Shown piece by piece: positions 12,776-25,622 of a DNA stretch of 64,000 nucleotides (the stretch's first letter is position 1; each line of letters starts with the position of its first letter). The stretch lies in contig NC_043001.1 of assembly GCF_006345805.1 (NCBI RefSeq), positions 57,908,001-57,972,000 of the forward strand. The letters are read 5' to 3'. Origin of the DNA: Octopus sinensis (lineage: Eukaryota). A program made the position numbers and the translations under genes. Under the pieces are notes generated by a model. That model had not been told where the DNA came from and did not search any database. It saw only the letters and a list, made by a program, of their open reading frames with translations.

Positions 12776-13925
12776 AGATTTATGTATACATGCATTAATA
12801 CACACATGCTTACATTCGTAAGATATAGACATTCATACAGATCTGTCTATCCATCTTTCTATACCTATGTGTGTATGTAGGCACACAAATCGTTAAACAT
12901 ACTAGTGTACAGACAAAGACGCATACATTCAAAAATTCGCGAGCACACACACTCCCACAGACAAACATAAATATAATATATAGAGGTGCAAGATATCAGG
13001 CAGAGTAATTTCAGTTCTTCTAGGTGAGATATTTTAATCACTCAATGTGTACGAATCATGTTAATTGGCGCTATGGATTTATGCTTGTAACAATTAACAG
13101 CGTCAACAAAATACGGAATATTTCATATTAGTTATTTTGTGGGACATCTTGTTTGGTGACTGTACATTTCATCAGATGCTGTCGAACTAAACACAACCGT
13201 TTTTTTAAAGATGAGATGGAAACCCATTATTATTTTGTCAGTAATAATTTGGCAATAATGTTCCTACTAATACCCTTTTTCTTAGTTTAATGAAGAACAA
13301 ATATTTTGTCACAAAATGAATTTGTTTACCAATTCCGTTCAGCATAAAGCTTATTATACTTCTTTGCGTCAAGGTTATATGCAGGCGGAAATTTGCATTA
13401 AATAAATCTAAATTTAATACCCCAAAATTTAAAGAACTCTTAGACAAAAAAGTGGAGAGAACATTAATCTTAACACCGTCATTAAAATAGAGGAAGAATA
13501 AATTTCCAGGCGTGCTGAAAATCAATTAATCATATAATCGTGCTATTTGCCACTGAAAACATACTCTACAGAAAACCTAATCTGAATCCAGAATAGGTTG
13601 ATACAGGAAGCTGATAAAAATAATCGTTAACGTGTAACATACATGCCAGCTTCATGAGCGGCGGAAATACATTCAGTCTATATTTTCTGAAAGCATTTAA
13701 CAGGTAACAAACAAAATTATAGAGGAGCCAAGAAAAGAATTGATAATATTCTAAATCTGATACAGATAAAAAATTACCTCCATATCGCAAGAAATTTGGG
13801 AATATAAGATAGCAAAGGCGTGTATGTGATAGCTAGCAATATATTTAACAGAATAAAGATTGTTGATATAAAACATAGAAAGTTAGAAAACAATCTCCGG
13901 AGATATAACTACGAAACTGAAAATG

Positions 13926-13927
<2 letters not shown>

Positions 13928-13973
<46 letters not shown>
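13928..13973. repeat. (TA)n microsatellite
   Basis: direct reading. Confidence 0.95.
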
Positions 13974-13978
<5 letters not shown>

Positions 13979-14397
13979 AGTCATTTTTCTTACGTGGACA
14001 GTTGCTCTGCTTCAATTTTTCAAAAGAACGTGATACGTAAAAGTAATTGTGAAATGTATGCAACATATATACGTTTATATTAAATATGAATGAAGGAAAA
14101 TATTTAAACGCATAGGGTGCAATGAAGGATTATTCCAAAACCTCTCTGAAGCATAACTGAGAGGAAGAGATCTGAGTATAGTTCGAAAGTTAAGGAAGTG
14201 TTGAAATATCGGTTGTTGTTATCTAATTTTTAACCAACGTATTTACAAAGCATGTGTACAACATCATATGTATGCGTACTTGAGATACAAAAATAAAACA
14301 CACACAAAGCATGTGAAGTTATCAAATATATGAAGTTATCTCTCATGTAGTATAACGGTGGCTACCAACAATAATAAAGTAATAGCAGGAAATCACA

Positions 14398-14597
14398 GTA
14401 CTTTAAATATGAAATAAAGTTATGTTCTTGTTTAGCCTCCATGACTTCAGAGAAGGAGAATTAATTAGTCCTTCGGAAAGGTGTCAACATATAGTGTACT
14501 GAAGAATGATGATTGATTCCTTAGAGGTTTTCTTCTAATAATTCAGCATCAAGTATAAACTGTTTTATATATTAATTACAAGTAGTTTTATGCTTAT
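14398..14597 (+). repeat. local duplication copy B
   Basis: homologous to 11887-12060 with ~30 extra bp after the AG. Confidence 0.8.
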
Positions 14598-14604
14598 ATG
14601 TACA

Positions 14605-14658
14605 GGGTATCCGATAAATTCGTCGACAGACAGTTCGCCGACAGATAACTTAGTGACA
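14605..14658. repeat. three 15-bp units, possible solo sub-terminal repeat of a DNA transposon
   Basis: TAAATTCGTCGACAG / ACAGTTCGCCGACAG / ATAACTTAGTGACAG after GGTATCCG. Confidence 0.4.
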
Positions 14659-16140
14659 GTACAACTGCTCTCAAATTTAAATTTAATGAAATCTTGTGCT
14701 GATGAAAGGAATATTGGAATAGGGATGTATTTCTAGCATCTCTATATCTAATTAACCCAGAAACGCGTACGCAATTAATCAATCTTTCGAGTGAACTTTC
14801 GTTATTTTTCCATGTATACCCATGTGTAATGTTTTTGAGTATGCATTATCTGGGAGACTCTTCTTAAAGTAGAAGAAATAGCTAAATTCTTTGGCTGTAT
14901 TTCTAAAAGTTCGGTGTGCGGTAAAGCAATTTTTTTGCTGAACCCCATTATATAAAATAATGTTCAAATTTACCGTTAAATGGTCTTTTACGTACTGAAC
15001 ACTACTTGGTAAAATTATTAATTACTAATTAATTAATTAATTTTACCCTTATAATTATTATTGCATATATACATATATATATATATATATACTGTATGTA
15101 TGTATGCCTGGAACATGAACCATGCAAGAACAGACTCGTACACCAAGGCGATATTTCAGACGGACATTGTGAAAAGGACATTATCAATCACCGCAGGGCA
15201 TTCGACCGACCAGTCTATCGATTTTTCCCATTAACTTCTTGAATGGAAGGTAATTTTGAGACATTCATAATTCAAAACTGCAACGATACATTTCAGAATT
15301 TAATCTAATTATGAATGTTTACTTCAATTGATTTATCAAAATTACTAACTTTAACCTGTGATATAACCTTCACAACGTCTGATAATAATTTCATTTGCTA
15401 ATTACTGCACCATTCATTAAATCAACATTTGCGATGTTTCGTTTACATAAACCGTACAAGCCTTCATAGCAATATTGCTGGACTGTTCACAGCATTACCA
15501 TTTAGTACGAACTAGAATAAAACATTGCTCTTTAAGAGCACATCAGCCTACAGCCTACATCGAAATTTATCGAAGGCTGCACAATGGTCCTATATCCTTC
15601 ATTGTCCAGTATTCACCTGAAACTGATATTAGCGTAAACAACCTAAACATTGTAAATGAATCCTTATTAATTATTCAGGTTCTTTGATAAAAATCAGAAA
15701 TGTTGCTCGTATTAAGTTGTGATTGCTGCTAAAATCCAAACAACATAGGAGATATTTGAAAAGTGTATTTTCCATGCAAAATGTAGTTCTCTCTTTCACT
15801 AGCCAAAGCTGAAATGTATTATGGTTTCTAATATAAAGATTTAATATGCAATTTCCTGTCAAACACCTCCTGCTCACGTTATGATATCTGAAGAGAACAT
15901 TCCTAACTACATCTGTGAAATAAGACCTTTTGATGAATTTTCTATTTTCTTACTCATTGATTTACTATGCTTTTGTCAGGTGGAATTTTCACCAAAATTT
16001 CAGTGTACAGGTTGCATTTAAAGTATCATTTGTTAACACAGCGTTTGTCTGTAATAATCAATCTCAACAACTCCAGAAACGAAGCAACGAAATTTGATGT
16101 TATAATTTCGTTTAAGATGACAATAAGGTTGATGAAAATG

Positions 16141-16256
16141 GCCATCCTCCCCCTCCTCCTCCTCCTCATCATCATCATCATCCTCTTCCTCCTCCTCCTC
16201 CTCCTCCTCCACCCCATCATCATCATGAGGAGGACTTTTACATCAATGATGACGAC
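16141..16256. repeat. (CCT)n/(CAT)n compound repeat
   Basis: direct reading. Confidence 0.9.
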
Positions 16257-17099
16257 GACAATAAATGCGAAAATAATATGGATGATGATGATTATGTCGC
16301 TAAAATACTGTTTATAGCCCGAATGAATTCAATATTTTTACAAATGAGGTAGGTGGTGATGCCAATGACCTAACGAAATAAATTATTGAATTCAAATTTC
16401 ATTGTTTCTGAAGGTAAACAGAAACCTCCTGCTAATTAAGAGTCACTCAGGAAGTAAGCGGAAAATAATTTCAAGAAATTAAGAATTATTTTACAAAAAT
16501 ATCAATTCACTTATTTGGTAGAGAGCTGAATTTATAGTAACAGGCCAACAAAGATCAGAGTTTAACCAAGTCAAATAATTTAATATTTTTGTCTAAATCA
16601 ACGCCATGATTCCCTGCAATGTTAGAAGTTAGTTGTAATGACTGATGAAGATATTATTTCAAACAAATTTTAGAAGAACAAAACATATCAAAACATTTTT
16701 AATATACGACGTGTCTTGCTTCATAACAGGAAGTATTTCAAGCAAAATAAAACGTAACTTAAAGAGGACATCTGTTTACACCCTTACTTGGACACCTAAC
16801 TGAGCAAAGTAAACATAAACTCCCTTTATCAAACAGGAAATAAAATAAGTTGAAAATACAGTAAGTGTTCAGAAGCATTTATTTCTGCTTCTGTTCATAT
16901 ATTTAAACAAATTCAAATGTGTAATATTTGACGATCGTGTTTCAAACTATTTCGTTTATGTTTCACAGAATGTCTTTTTAGATATGTAAGTATATTACTG
17001 TACATGGGTGGGGTAAAATACTATAAAGAAGTCGTTAAATTGAAATTATATTATTTATACGGAGATGGCCCATATTCGGCATCTATCACACATTTAATA

Positions 17100-18369
17100 T
17101 TAGGTCGTCAAGTACAAAGTTTGTAGAAAGGAAAAAAAAGTTTCCTACTGTTTAATAAATACAAGGAATAGTTTTATTCATCAAAGTGTGCACCCATATT
17201 GTCAATACACTTTTGCCATTTCAGCGACAGCTTGTCCACCAGCCCCTAACTGTAAAAAAGCAAAAACTGGCAATCTAGAGTCAATAAAATCTCGGAAGAC
17301 CTGTTTTACAGCATAGTCGGAATTAATTTTTTTTCTTATCAAGAAGTTATCCAAATTCTGGAAGAAGTGGTTGTCAGTAGGGGCAAGATCAGGTTAGTAT
17401 GGTGGATAATAGAGAACTTCTAATTCCAAATCCTGTAGTTTCGCCAACGCCATTTTTACTGTGTAACTGGCGTTGTCTTGCAATAAAATAGGAGTCGTTG
17501 ATTAAAAAAAAAAATTCTGCACCATTTGATCAATTTGGCTGCAATATATTTCGGCCGTAATTGATAAGCTAGTTTTAATAAAATCCTAATGGATTACACC
17601 TGCACCAGATCACCAAACACACACCATTCAGCTTCTTTTGATTAATTTTGCTGTTTGGACTGTATGTTAGTGGTTCACTTTTGTCCAACCATTGTGTTGA
17701 ACGTTTACGGTTGTTGTATTGGATCCATTTCTCATATCATGCTACAATTCAATCAAAAAATGATTCATTTTTGTGACGCGAAATTAGCATAATGCAGGCT
17801 TCCAAACATTGCGGTTTCTGATTTTCATTGAGTTCATATGGAACCCACTTATCCAACTTTTTCATTTTACCGATTTGAACTAATCAATATTGTTTGCTTG
17901 CTAACACCAAACGACAACGATAATTCACGGGCACTTTCTGATCTTACTGGATCTTACTGGACGGTGGCTTTCAGTTCGTCATTATCCACATTTGTTTCTG
18001 GTCGACGGCGTTGCTGCTTTGTAAGGTCAAAGTTACCAGAACAAAATTTTGCAAGCTAATTTCATACTGTCTGGTGTGTAATAACATTAGAATGAAATAC
18101 TCCATTAATATTCCGAGCTGTCTCGGAATATTATTCTGTAAGTGATGCTGTATTTCAAAAGTGTACTAATTTCCGACTTACCCATATCTAAACAAAAATA
18201 GCAACAAAAAAAAAACCGATTTATAGATACTTTATAGAGCGCAAAATGAGTTAGAATAAAGAAATAGATGTGTCAACTTTCTAACAAAAAATATTGTCAA
18301 TGGCGCAAAATGAGCATATATCAAACTTTACCATATACCTTACTACAAAGTTCATACTTGACGACCTAA
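17100..18369 (-). mobile_element. full-length decayed mariner (DD34D) transposon, 1270 bp
   Basis: TIRs TTAGGTCGTCAAGTA at both ends, TA on both flanks; minus-strand PDLAPTDNHFFQNLDNFL and KWQKCID. Confidence 0.9.
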
Positions 18370-18663
18370 TACGGTGAGGATTTGAGATATGCAAGATCTT
18401 AATGGCTGTAAGGAACATTTATAGTTATTTTTAAGTAGAAACTGGCTCAAACCTTTCAGTCACGATGTTATAATAAAGCGGCGCGTTCATTTGCCGCTTT
18501 AAATCCAACATGTCTTCAATTATTTAGAGAGAAGCTGATTGTGATAACTAATCCAATTGGTCTGCTTCACTTTTGTGCTCTTCGTTACAATTATGAATAA
18601 TGTTAACCAAACGAATTGCCCTGTTTTATTCCTGGATGAGTATGCTGCAATCAGCGGATAGTA

Positions 18664-19915
18664 CGAGGGGCGTTCAATAAGTAATGCCCCTGACCCACTT
18701 TCCATAGCAGTAGAGCAACGAAACTTTGCAGAGTTATTAGTCTTTCTCTACATAGGAACCACCCAGAGTTACGCATTTCTCCCATTGTTTGATGCAGCTC
18801 TGGAGGCCGTTTTTTTTAGAAGACCCAGCTTGGTCCTCCAACCACGACGTGACTTCAGAAATCAAGGCTGCATCATCTGGGAAACGCTTTCCTTTCAAAA
18901 ACAACTTCATGGCTGGAAAGAGGTGAAAATCAGAGGGCTCAAGGTCAGGAGAGTAAAGGTGATGGGGAAGCCTGTGCTTCTGATCTGGCGACAAGCGTTG
19001 TCCTGCAGGAGGAGGATGCCTTTGCTGATCTTGCCCCGCCTCTTGATTTTGATAGCTTCTCTTAATTTCCTCAAAAGTGAAGCATAATAGGCTCCTGTAA
19101 TTGTGGTACCCTTTGCCAGGAAATATGTTATCACTACTCCGTCCTGGTCCCAGAAGACTGTGAGCATGACCTTGCCAGCGGAGGGCTGCACCCTTGCCTT
19201 CTTTGGAGGAAGTGAGTCACTATGCTTCCACTGCATTGACTGGGTTTTGGTCTCTGGATCATAGTGATGGACCCAGGTTTCATCCTGTTTAATCAGTCGT
19301 TTGAAAAACTTTGACTCATCTTCTTGGCACATCTCCAAATTCATCCTCGAGCACTCGTCGCGTTCTTGCTTCTGGAAAGGTGTGAGCAACCTGGGAATCC
19401 ATCTGACAGACACCTTTTGCATATGAAAATGGCCATGAATGATATTTTCCACAGACCCGGTACTAATCTTGACCTCGTGGGCTATTTGGCGAATAGTTAT
19501 GCGTCGATCTTCCAAAATGGCAGCCTCAACTTGACGGACAGATGCCTCATCAATTGTAGAAGGGGGGCGACCAGTTCTGGGAGCTATTTCCACCGAGTTC
19601 CGACCATGTTTGAATTCACGATGCCAGCGTTTTACAAGGTCATATGATGGGGCATCATTATCATATGTTACTTTCATTTCATCAAAAGTCTCCCGTGGTG
19701 TGCGTCCTTTCAAATACAAAAGCCAGATCACTGCTCGACACTCAACAGGCTCCATTTCACACTTGACTCAGTTCAAACACCTGTAAATCAGAATTAGTTC
19801 AGAGCTATAATTTGCCACCTACTCTATAGAGATATGAATAATTGCACACGCAAAATTTCAGCTAGATCAAACAACTGCAAGTGGGTCAGGGGCATTACTT
19901 CTTGAACGTCCCTCG
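18664..19915 (-). mobile_element. mariner (DD34D) transposon, 1252 bp
   Basis: ~37-bp TIRs CGAGGGGCGTTCAATAAGTAATGCCCCTGACCCACTT with 2 mismatches; TA flanks. Confidence 0.95.
18737..19755 (-). pseudogene. mariner transposase: 282-aa open frame, C-terminus in another frame
   Basis: HTH region, WIPRLLT, QDETWVHHYDPE, GKVMLTVFWD, QDNA, YSPDLEPSDF; segment after DNA is shorter than usual and shifts frame. Confidence 0.9.
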
Positions 19916-20787
19916 TATTCATATTAACAGAATGGATAATTATAAACCATTATATTCAGATATTTCATGGTGATAACACTGCTATGTAGAACTACTAAAG
20001 AGCCAACTAAATTCCGGGATATTGCAAATCAAGTCACCTCCATGCTTCAAGGTAGGAGCTTGAAAAAGGGTGAAAGCTGTCTGCACACATAAACCTTGGA
20101 TTTCGGAAAATGGTGAATGATTTTTCATCAGAGACGCTAGTATTTTTCCAGTCAACGTTTCGACAAGTCTAACAACACATATCCGCTTATCAACGTGATG
20201 ATGGAAGGAGAGGCTTAACAATTGATGCATTTCCAAGCTATTCAGCTTCATGGAGCTCCAGACTAGCAGACTTTGAATATGGAGTGATAAGTTAACCCTG
20301 CTGTCACTGTTATGCTGTTTTTTAGATGCAATATCGGTGTTGTGCCCAACTCGAATGAGGTTAGTTCCGAGACCGTGTGTTGAAGCTACAACTGTCGCAA
20401 AGTAAAAAAACACGTATTCGCAATTCTGGAAGGCAGAAAGGTAATAAGTCAACTTAAACATCTATAACATGATGTGAAATGTTTTTTCACTTAAACTACA
20501 AAGTGGTTGGTTATTATTCATCGGCAACTACTTTGAGACAAGTCTGCTGGTCTGTATATTCTAAGATTGAAGTCTATAAGGTTTTTGACCCATATAACTC
20601 CGGGCTTGTCGAGGGCTGGCGTTCATATATATTCAATGACCTCAGCACTTGATTGTAGATCACGTAACCTCTATGTTCTTCCATCTCTCAGTGGCGTAAC
20701 CTTTATGGCATATGCGTTTCAAGGATGCATATGAATTTCGTTATTAATAAATATCCTCTGTGATTCTCCTATGCTTATGAACAATAA

Positions 20788-20893
<106 letters not shown>

Positions 20894-20894
20894 C

Positions 20895-21915
20895 CAGGCA
20901 ATAGTGGCCAATAGAGACACCTCAATGAAAACGATAATACTGAGCGGTGTTCACAGGGCACTGCATTGGGACCACTGCTTTTGATAGTCGCCCTCTCAGA
21001 TATACACACACATTCCCAGATAGCCACCCTTGCCAGCTACACAGACAATACGAAAGACAATACAAAACCCCAGCAATGTTGCACACCTCTAGTTCAGCAG
21101 GTGTTGGACTCACTTTACAGATAGGTTGAGGATAATAATATGCAGGTTAATGCTGAAAATGTCCAGGCCCTGCGCTACCAGTGTCCAAAGCTGAATATGA
21201 ACCTTACAAGGTACAGTGGTTCACAGGGGATTACAATCCCAAAGCCTAAATCAGTGGGGGACCTAGGTATCGACATGAATGATGATACCTTTTTCAAAGT
21301 GCACGTTACCAGGAAGGCGACAAAGACCAGACGGCTGCCTGGATGGATCTTTAGATCGTTCAGAACCAGAGAAAAGGAAACGGTGATGGTCCCCTGGAAG
21401 ATATTCGTCTTTCAGCCGCCTGGATTACTGCTCACAGTTATGGTCACCCAACAGTGTAAAATTAACAGCGGACCTTAAAAGAAATCCAGCATAGCTTTAG
21501 AACGAAGTTCGTCGCATTGCAACAGCTCAGCTACAGGGAAAGGCTGAAACAGCTAAGACTCTACTTCCTGGACCGAAGGCGGGACGGGTATGCAGTAATA
21601 TACATCTGGAAGAACCTGGAAGGAATAGTGCCAAATTTTGTCTTTGGAAGCTATACCAAAGCCACAACGGGTCGACACTGCACAGTACCAAAGATCCCAG
21701 CAAAGCCATAGTGCTGCTTCAAAACTAGTCACCGCAACAGCCTAGGTTTCAGGGGCCCACAGCTTTATATTCTTCCAAAGAGCCTGATGGGCCTACACAA
21801 AGTGGATGTAGGAATTTTCACATCAAAACTGGACCTCTTCTTGTCAAGAGTCCCAGCTGAACCTACCTCGCGGCATGAGGTGCAAAGGAGGGTAGTGGAA
21901 TCAAACTCCATTCTT
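20895..21915 (+). mobile_element. 5'-truncated CR1/L2-group LINE RT fragment
   Basis: SGV-QGTALGPLLL, SYTDNTK, VGDLGI, GWIFRSFRTRE, YRERLKQLRLYFLDRRR, IYIWKNLEGIVPN. Confidence 0.85.
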
Positions 21916-21921
21916 CATATA

Positions 21922-22025
21922 TATGTGTGTGTGTTTGAGTGTGTGTGTGTGTGTGTGTTTGAGTGTGTGTGTGTGTGTGTGTTTGTGTGTGTGTGCGCGC
22001 GTGTCTGTGTGTGAGTGTGTGTATG
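21922..22025. repeat. (TG)n-rich tract after the CR1-like fragment
   Basis: direct reading. Confidence 0.9.
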
Positions 22026-22417
22026 TAAGTATATGTATATAAAAGCCATTCTTTGAAATATTTTATGTCACTAAAGTTTTGGAAATATAATTTAAGTAAA
22101 ATATCAAACTTACATATTCCATATTCCACACACACACATGTTATTACAGCAGACTAAAACTGATCGAAATTAAATCAAGCGAATATATATATATATTTAT
22201 GTGTGTGTGTTTGTATTTAACTGTGGGTTCGTATATTTTTAGACAGGTACATAAAAGAAGATTTGAAATTTACTTTTAGATCTAAGAATCGTAAATTTTT
22301 TACTAAGAATCGTAGACACGGAAATTTCTTGTCAGTACGGAAAGACGAGTAATTGGTTCTTGGGAGTTGGAAAACAACTTAAAATTCAGCAAAGAATAAT
22401 GAGAGATTTATTTCCTT

Positions 22418-22660
22418 TCAGAAATAATATTCAGAATCTTTATTCTGGTCATTGTGCTCCTGATATAAAGAGTTTAGTGCAACAAATAGCTGTGGATTAA
22501 TGTAATCTTTAACTTCCATGCTGTCTAACACGATAACGAATAAATTGCTTTGCACTACAGCGACCAGGCTCGAAACTACAAATGCATGATTGTCGAAAGT
22601 CTCTTTGGAAATACCGAAATAGAGACCGATTTTTGCTTTCTCATAACTTGTCATTATATC
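22418..22660 (-). CDS. candidate terminal exon, unknown product
   Basis: AAACAG acceptor (weak pyrimidine tract), 80 open codons DIMTSYEKAKIGLYFG...DSEYYF then TGA. Confidence 0.25.
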   Translation of the reverse strand, partial: DIMTSYEKAKIGLYFGISKETFDNHAFVVSSLVAVVQSNLFVIVLDSMEVKDYINPQLFVALNSLYQEHNDQNKDSEYYF

Positions 22661-22827
22661 CTGTTTAATTCAAATCATACAATGTTTAAATATATTCTTC
22701 TTGATTTTTCCTGTAATGAAAGAAAATAAAGTTATAATATTATTTTGATATTGTAAGGAAATATCTGTAATGATTTATACACGCACATGTACAACAATTA
22801 TATATCTGTTGATAGGCAGATAGGTTG

Positions 22828-22900
22828 ATCGATAGAAAGAAGGAAAGAAAGAAACATAGATAGATAGATACGTAGATAGATACATAGATAGATAGATACA
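22828..22900. repeat. (AGAT)n-type tetranucleotide repeat
   Basis: direct reading. Confidence 0.85.
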
Positions 22901-24980
22901 GGTTTGGTAGAGAATGCGTACCCCTTGGATCTATGAACGATGGGCGCCAGTGCACACTATGAGTGGTACCATTCTATACGTATTGATCTGAGAGCATTTC
23001 AAAGATTCTCGTTTCCAAAATGACGACGAATCTGTATTTAGCTAGACTTCTAACTGTGAGTTAGGTAATGTTGTTGGAGGAAACAAGGCTATAGTGCTTA
23101 CTCACTTTGTCTTTGGAGAGATTCAGTTAATTTTGTTTGATATGGATAGAGAACCCTTATATTTTGGTGTCATCATAGCAGGGTTAGTTGTTACACAAAA
23201 TCTGCTGAACCTTTGTGAGTCGTATAATTTGATGCGCCAGATTTCTTCCAGACAACATTCGTCCTGTGCTTGCGTAGCTTTATTTACGCGCCCGAACTCT
23301 AATTCTATACAGTTATCCTGTTCAGGTATTTCCCACGAATCTACAGCATCAGGTATTTTTCTTGCAAATATAAGAAACTTTTGTTGCCTTAGCGAGGCTC
23401 TTGTATTCCACAGGCGTCAGTGAAATTGTCAGGAACTTGTTTAGCAGACGCTCTATATTGACGTTATCAGTGATAATAGGTTTGTGTTGATGAGGATTTT
23501 TTCACTGCTCTGTTCTCTGCTCTGCATATCGTTGTTTCTTTGTTTGTGTTTTTACTGATCCTAATTTCACTTGCGCTGATGTTATTTCTTGTTTTTTCTT
23601 TCTTTTCTCTTTTATGTTTGTAGCTGTTATTTTTGCATTACTGATACAAGCTTTTAGAGTGTTAGCATAAGCAAATTTTTAAAAAAATCCTGGTTGCAGC
23701 CGATGTTTCCAACAACAATGGAAAACCCTTCGTTTTTCTACGTCAAATATTAAACTATACAGACTTTTGTAAATAGCCATCTAACTGTGAAAAAGGAGCT
23801 GAAATCGGCCGAATTGCGGGGATTCGGCAAGCACCGTTGAAAAACTCTCACCTATGAAAAGATTTTGATAGATGTAAGTCGAGCAGGGTCCCTCTCATAA
23901 TGCATTATCTATACTATCTGTTATATATCGCATGGGATGAAGGTTGTTGTGGATTGACATCATTGAGATGAGGCATTTTTACCATACACCAATTAGGCCA
24001 TGAAGAACAAGCCTCTTTAGCTTCCCTTAGGCATGTTAGAAAAACTTGCATTTTGCATTTTGCAGAAATATAGACTGTAAAGTATCTATGTGTTCTCTTT
24101 TCTTCGGTATCGTTCTGAGCATTGTCACTTCCTTTCATTTCACAATATTGAAACGCCTCACATTCTAATAACAGAAGCGGAATCAACTGATAAGAGATCA
24201 ATGAACAACTCTGGCATATTATAGTAACGCTTGACGAAAAGACCATTCAAACGAGGCAATTTGCTTCTCGTGCAACCAGATGCAGCTTCCCTTCTTTTAG
24301 TGCCGACGAAACTGCAGATCATCGCGGCAAAGTTCAAGAGAAGCACTGTAATCTATACTGCTAGCTTGCACTAAATCACACTCCCAACAGTTGAGCAAAG
24401 TGCTGCTGTAAAGCACAGATCTACTTGGAATCGCGTTGAGCGTGGATATCTTGGAACGCCATATAAAACATTACGTTGTAGCACTGAACAAACTGAAACC
24501 TAGCATCAACGTCTGGCGACCTTTACAGAAGGGTCATAAAATTTGAAAGAATTTACTACACAATACAGTAAAATTTTCTAGTCTCGATTGTAGATATCTT
24601 TCTCCTATACTAACGTTTTATTTGCAAGTACAAACATTATTCTTCCAGGTGAGAATAGTTTCATCGGCATACGCAGATATATGTCGAAGACCACAAGAAC
24701 TATTGTCGGCATATTTCTTACCCAAACAAGTGTGGTTTCATTTTATACCTAATTGCCTAGCATTTGGAGGGTAATTAATTGTTTTGTATACACATTTATG
24801 TACTAGAGTAATCAACACTAAGGTAAACTTAGGAACCCTTTCATTTTTATTAATCAATTGCTTAGAACACCAATTAGATGAAGTTAGAATTGATATGATA
24901 TAACCTGATTCGTTGCTCTTGTCACATCAAATCCAACCAGTAGATTTTCAGAGAACCTTTTAAGGCTGGACTACCAGAGA

Positions 24981-25093
24981 GGTAACCGGTAAATTCCATC
25001 GCAGAAAATTCCACCACGGAAAATTCCACCAGGTGAATTTCACCATAGGTAAATTCCACCAAGATATATTACACCATGGTAAATTCCAACATA
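24981..25093 (+). repeat. array of ~15-bp units (GGTAAATTCCACCAY), left TIR-like arm
   Basis: 7 units, colinear in inverted orientation with 27241-27339. Confidence 0.85.
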
Positions 25094-25096
25094 AGT

Positions 25097-25099
25097 GAA

Positions 25100-25166
<67 letters not shown>

Positions 25167-25203
25167 TATTATTATTATTATTATTATTATCATCATCATT
25201 ATT
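25097..25203. repeat. (ATT)n microsatellite
   Basis: direct reading. Confidence 0.95.
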
Positions 25204-25535
25204 GAGTGAGAGAGCAGGTTATGCCATCAAAGTGACACTGGGGTAAAATATACGAAGCCCAGTATACTCATCATGACTACCTGTCTGATAAGGGTACACT
25301 AGGCTCATGCATCACAACCATATGTGCGCTACTTGGTGATCTCATATCAAGATAAACAGCACATGACCTTGCAGGTGGGCCCCAGTTAGAATTTTCTTCT
25401 GGTCGAGTAACCCATCCTGCTCAAAAGGTCCCTGAATAATGGTTGGTTAAGGATGTTGAACAAACAACTGGTCAAACAACTGACAAGAAAACCTGTGGTA
25501 TTGAGCAGTATATTTGCTGTAGCCCATCTTTTATT
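25201..25535 (-). mobile_element. non-coding SINE-like retroposon ending in (AAT)n, truncated and internally deleted
   Basis: strong similarity to 51043-51600. Confidence 0.8.
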
Positions 25536-25550
25536 CCATTATTATTATTA

Positions 25551-25611
<61 letters not shown>

Positions 25612-25622
25612 GTTATTATTAT

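Noticed and set aside
20085-20140. CTGATGA...GAAA hammerhead-like string on the minus strand
   Set aside because: Stem II is not flush with the core and no stem I forms next to an NUH
23050-23900. Possible LINE ORF1 and 5' UTR remnant
   Set aside because: A-rich and coding-like, but no diagnostic motif
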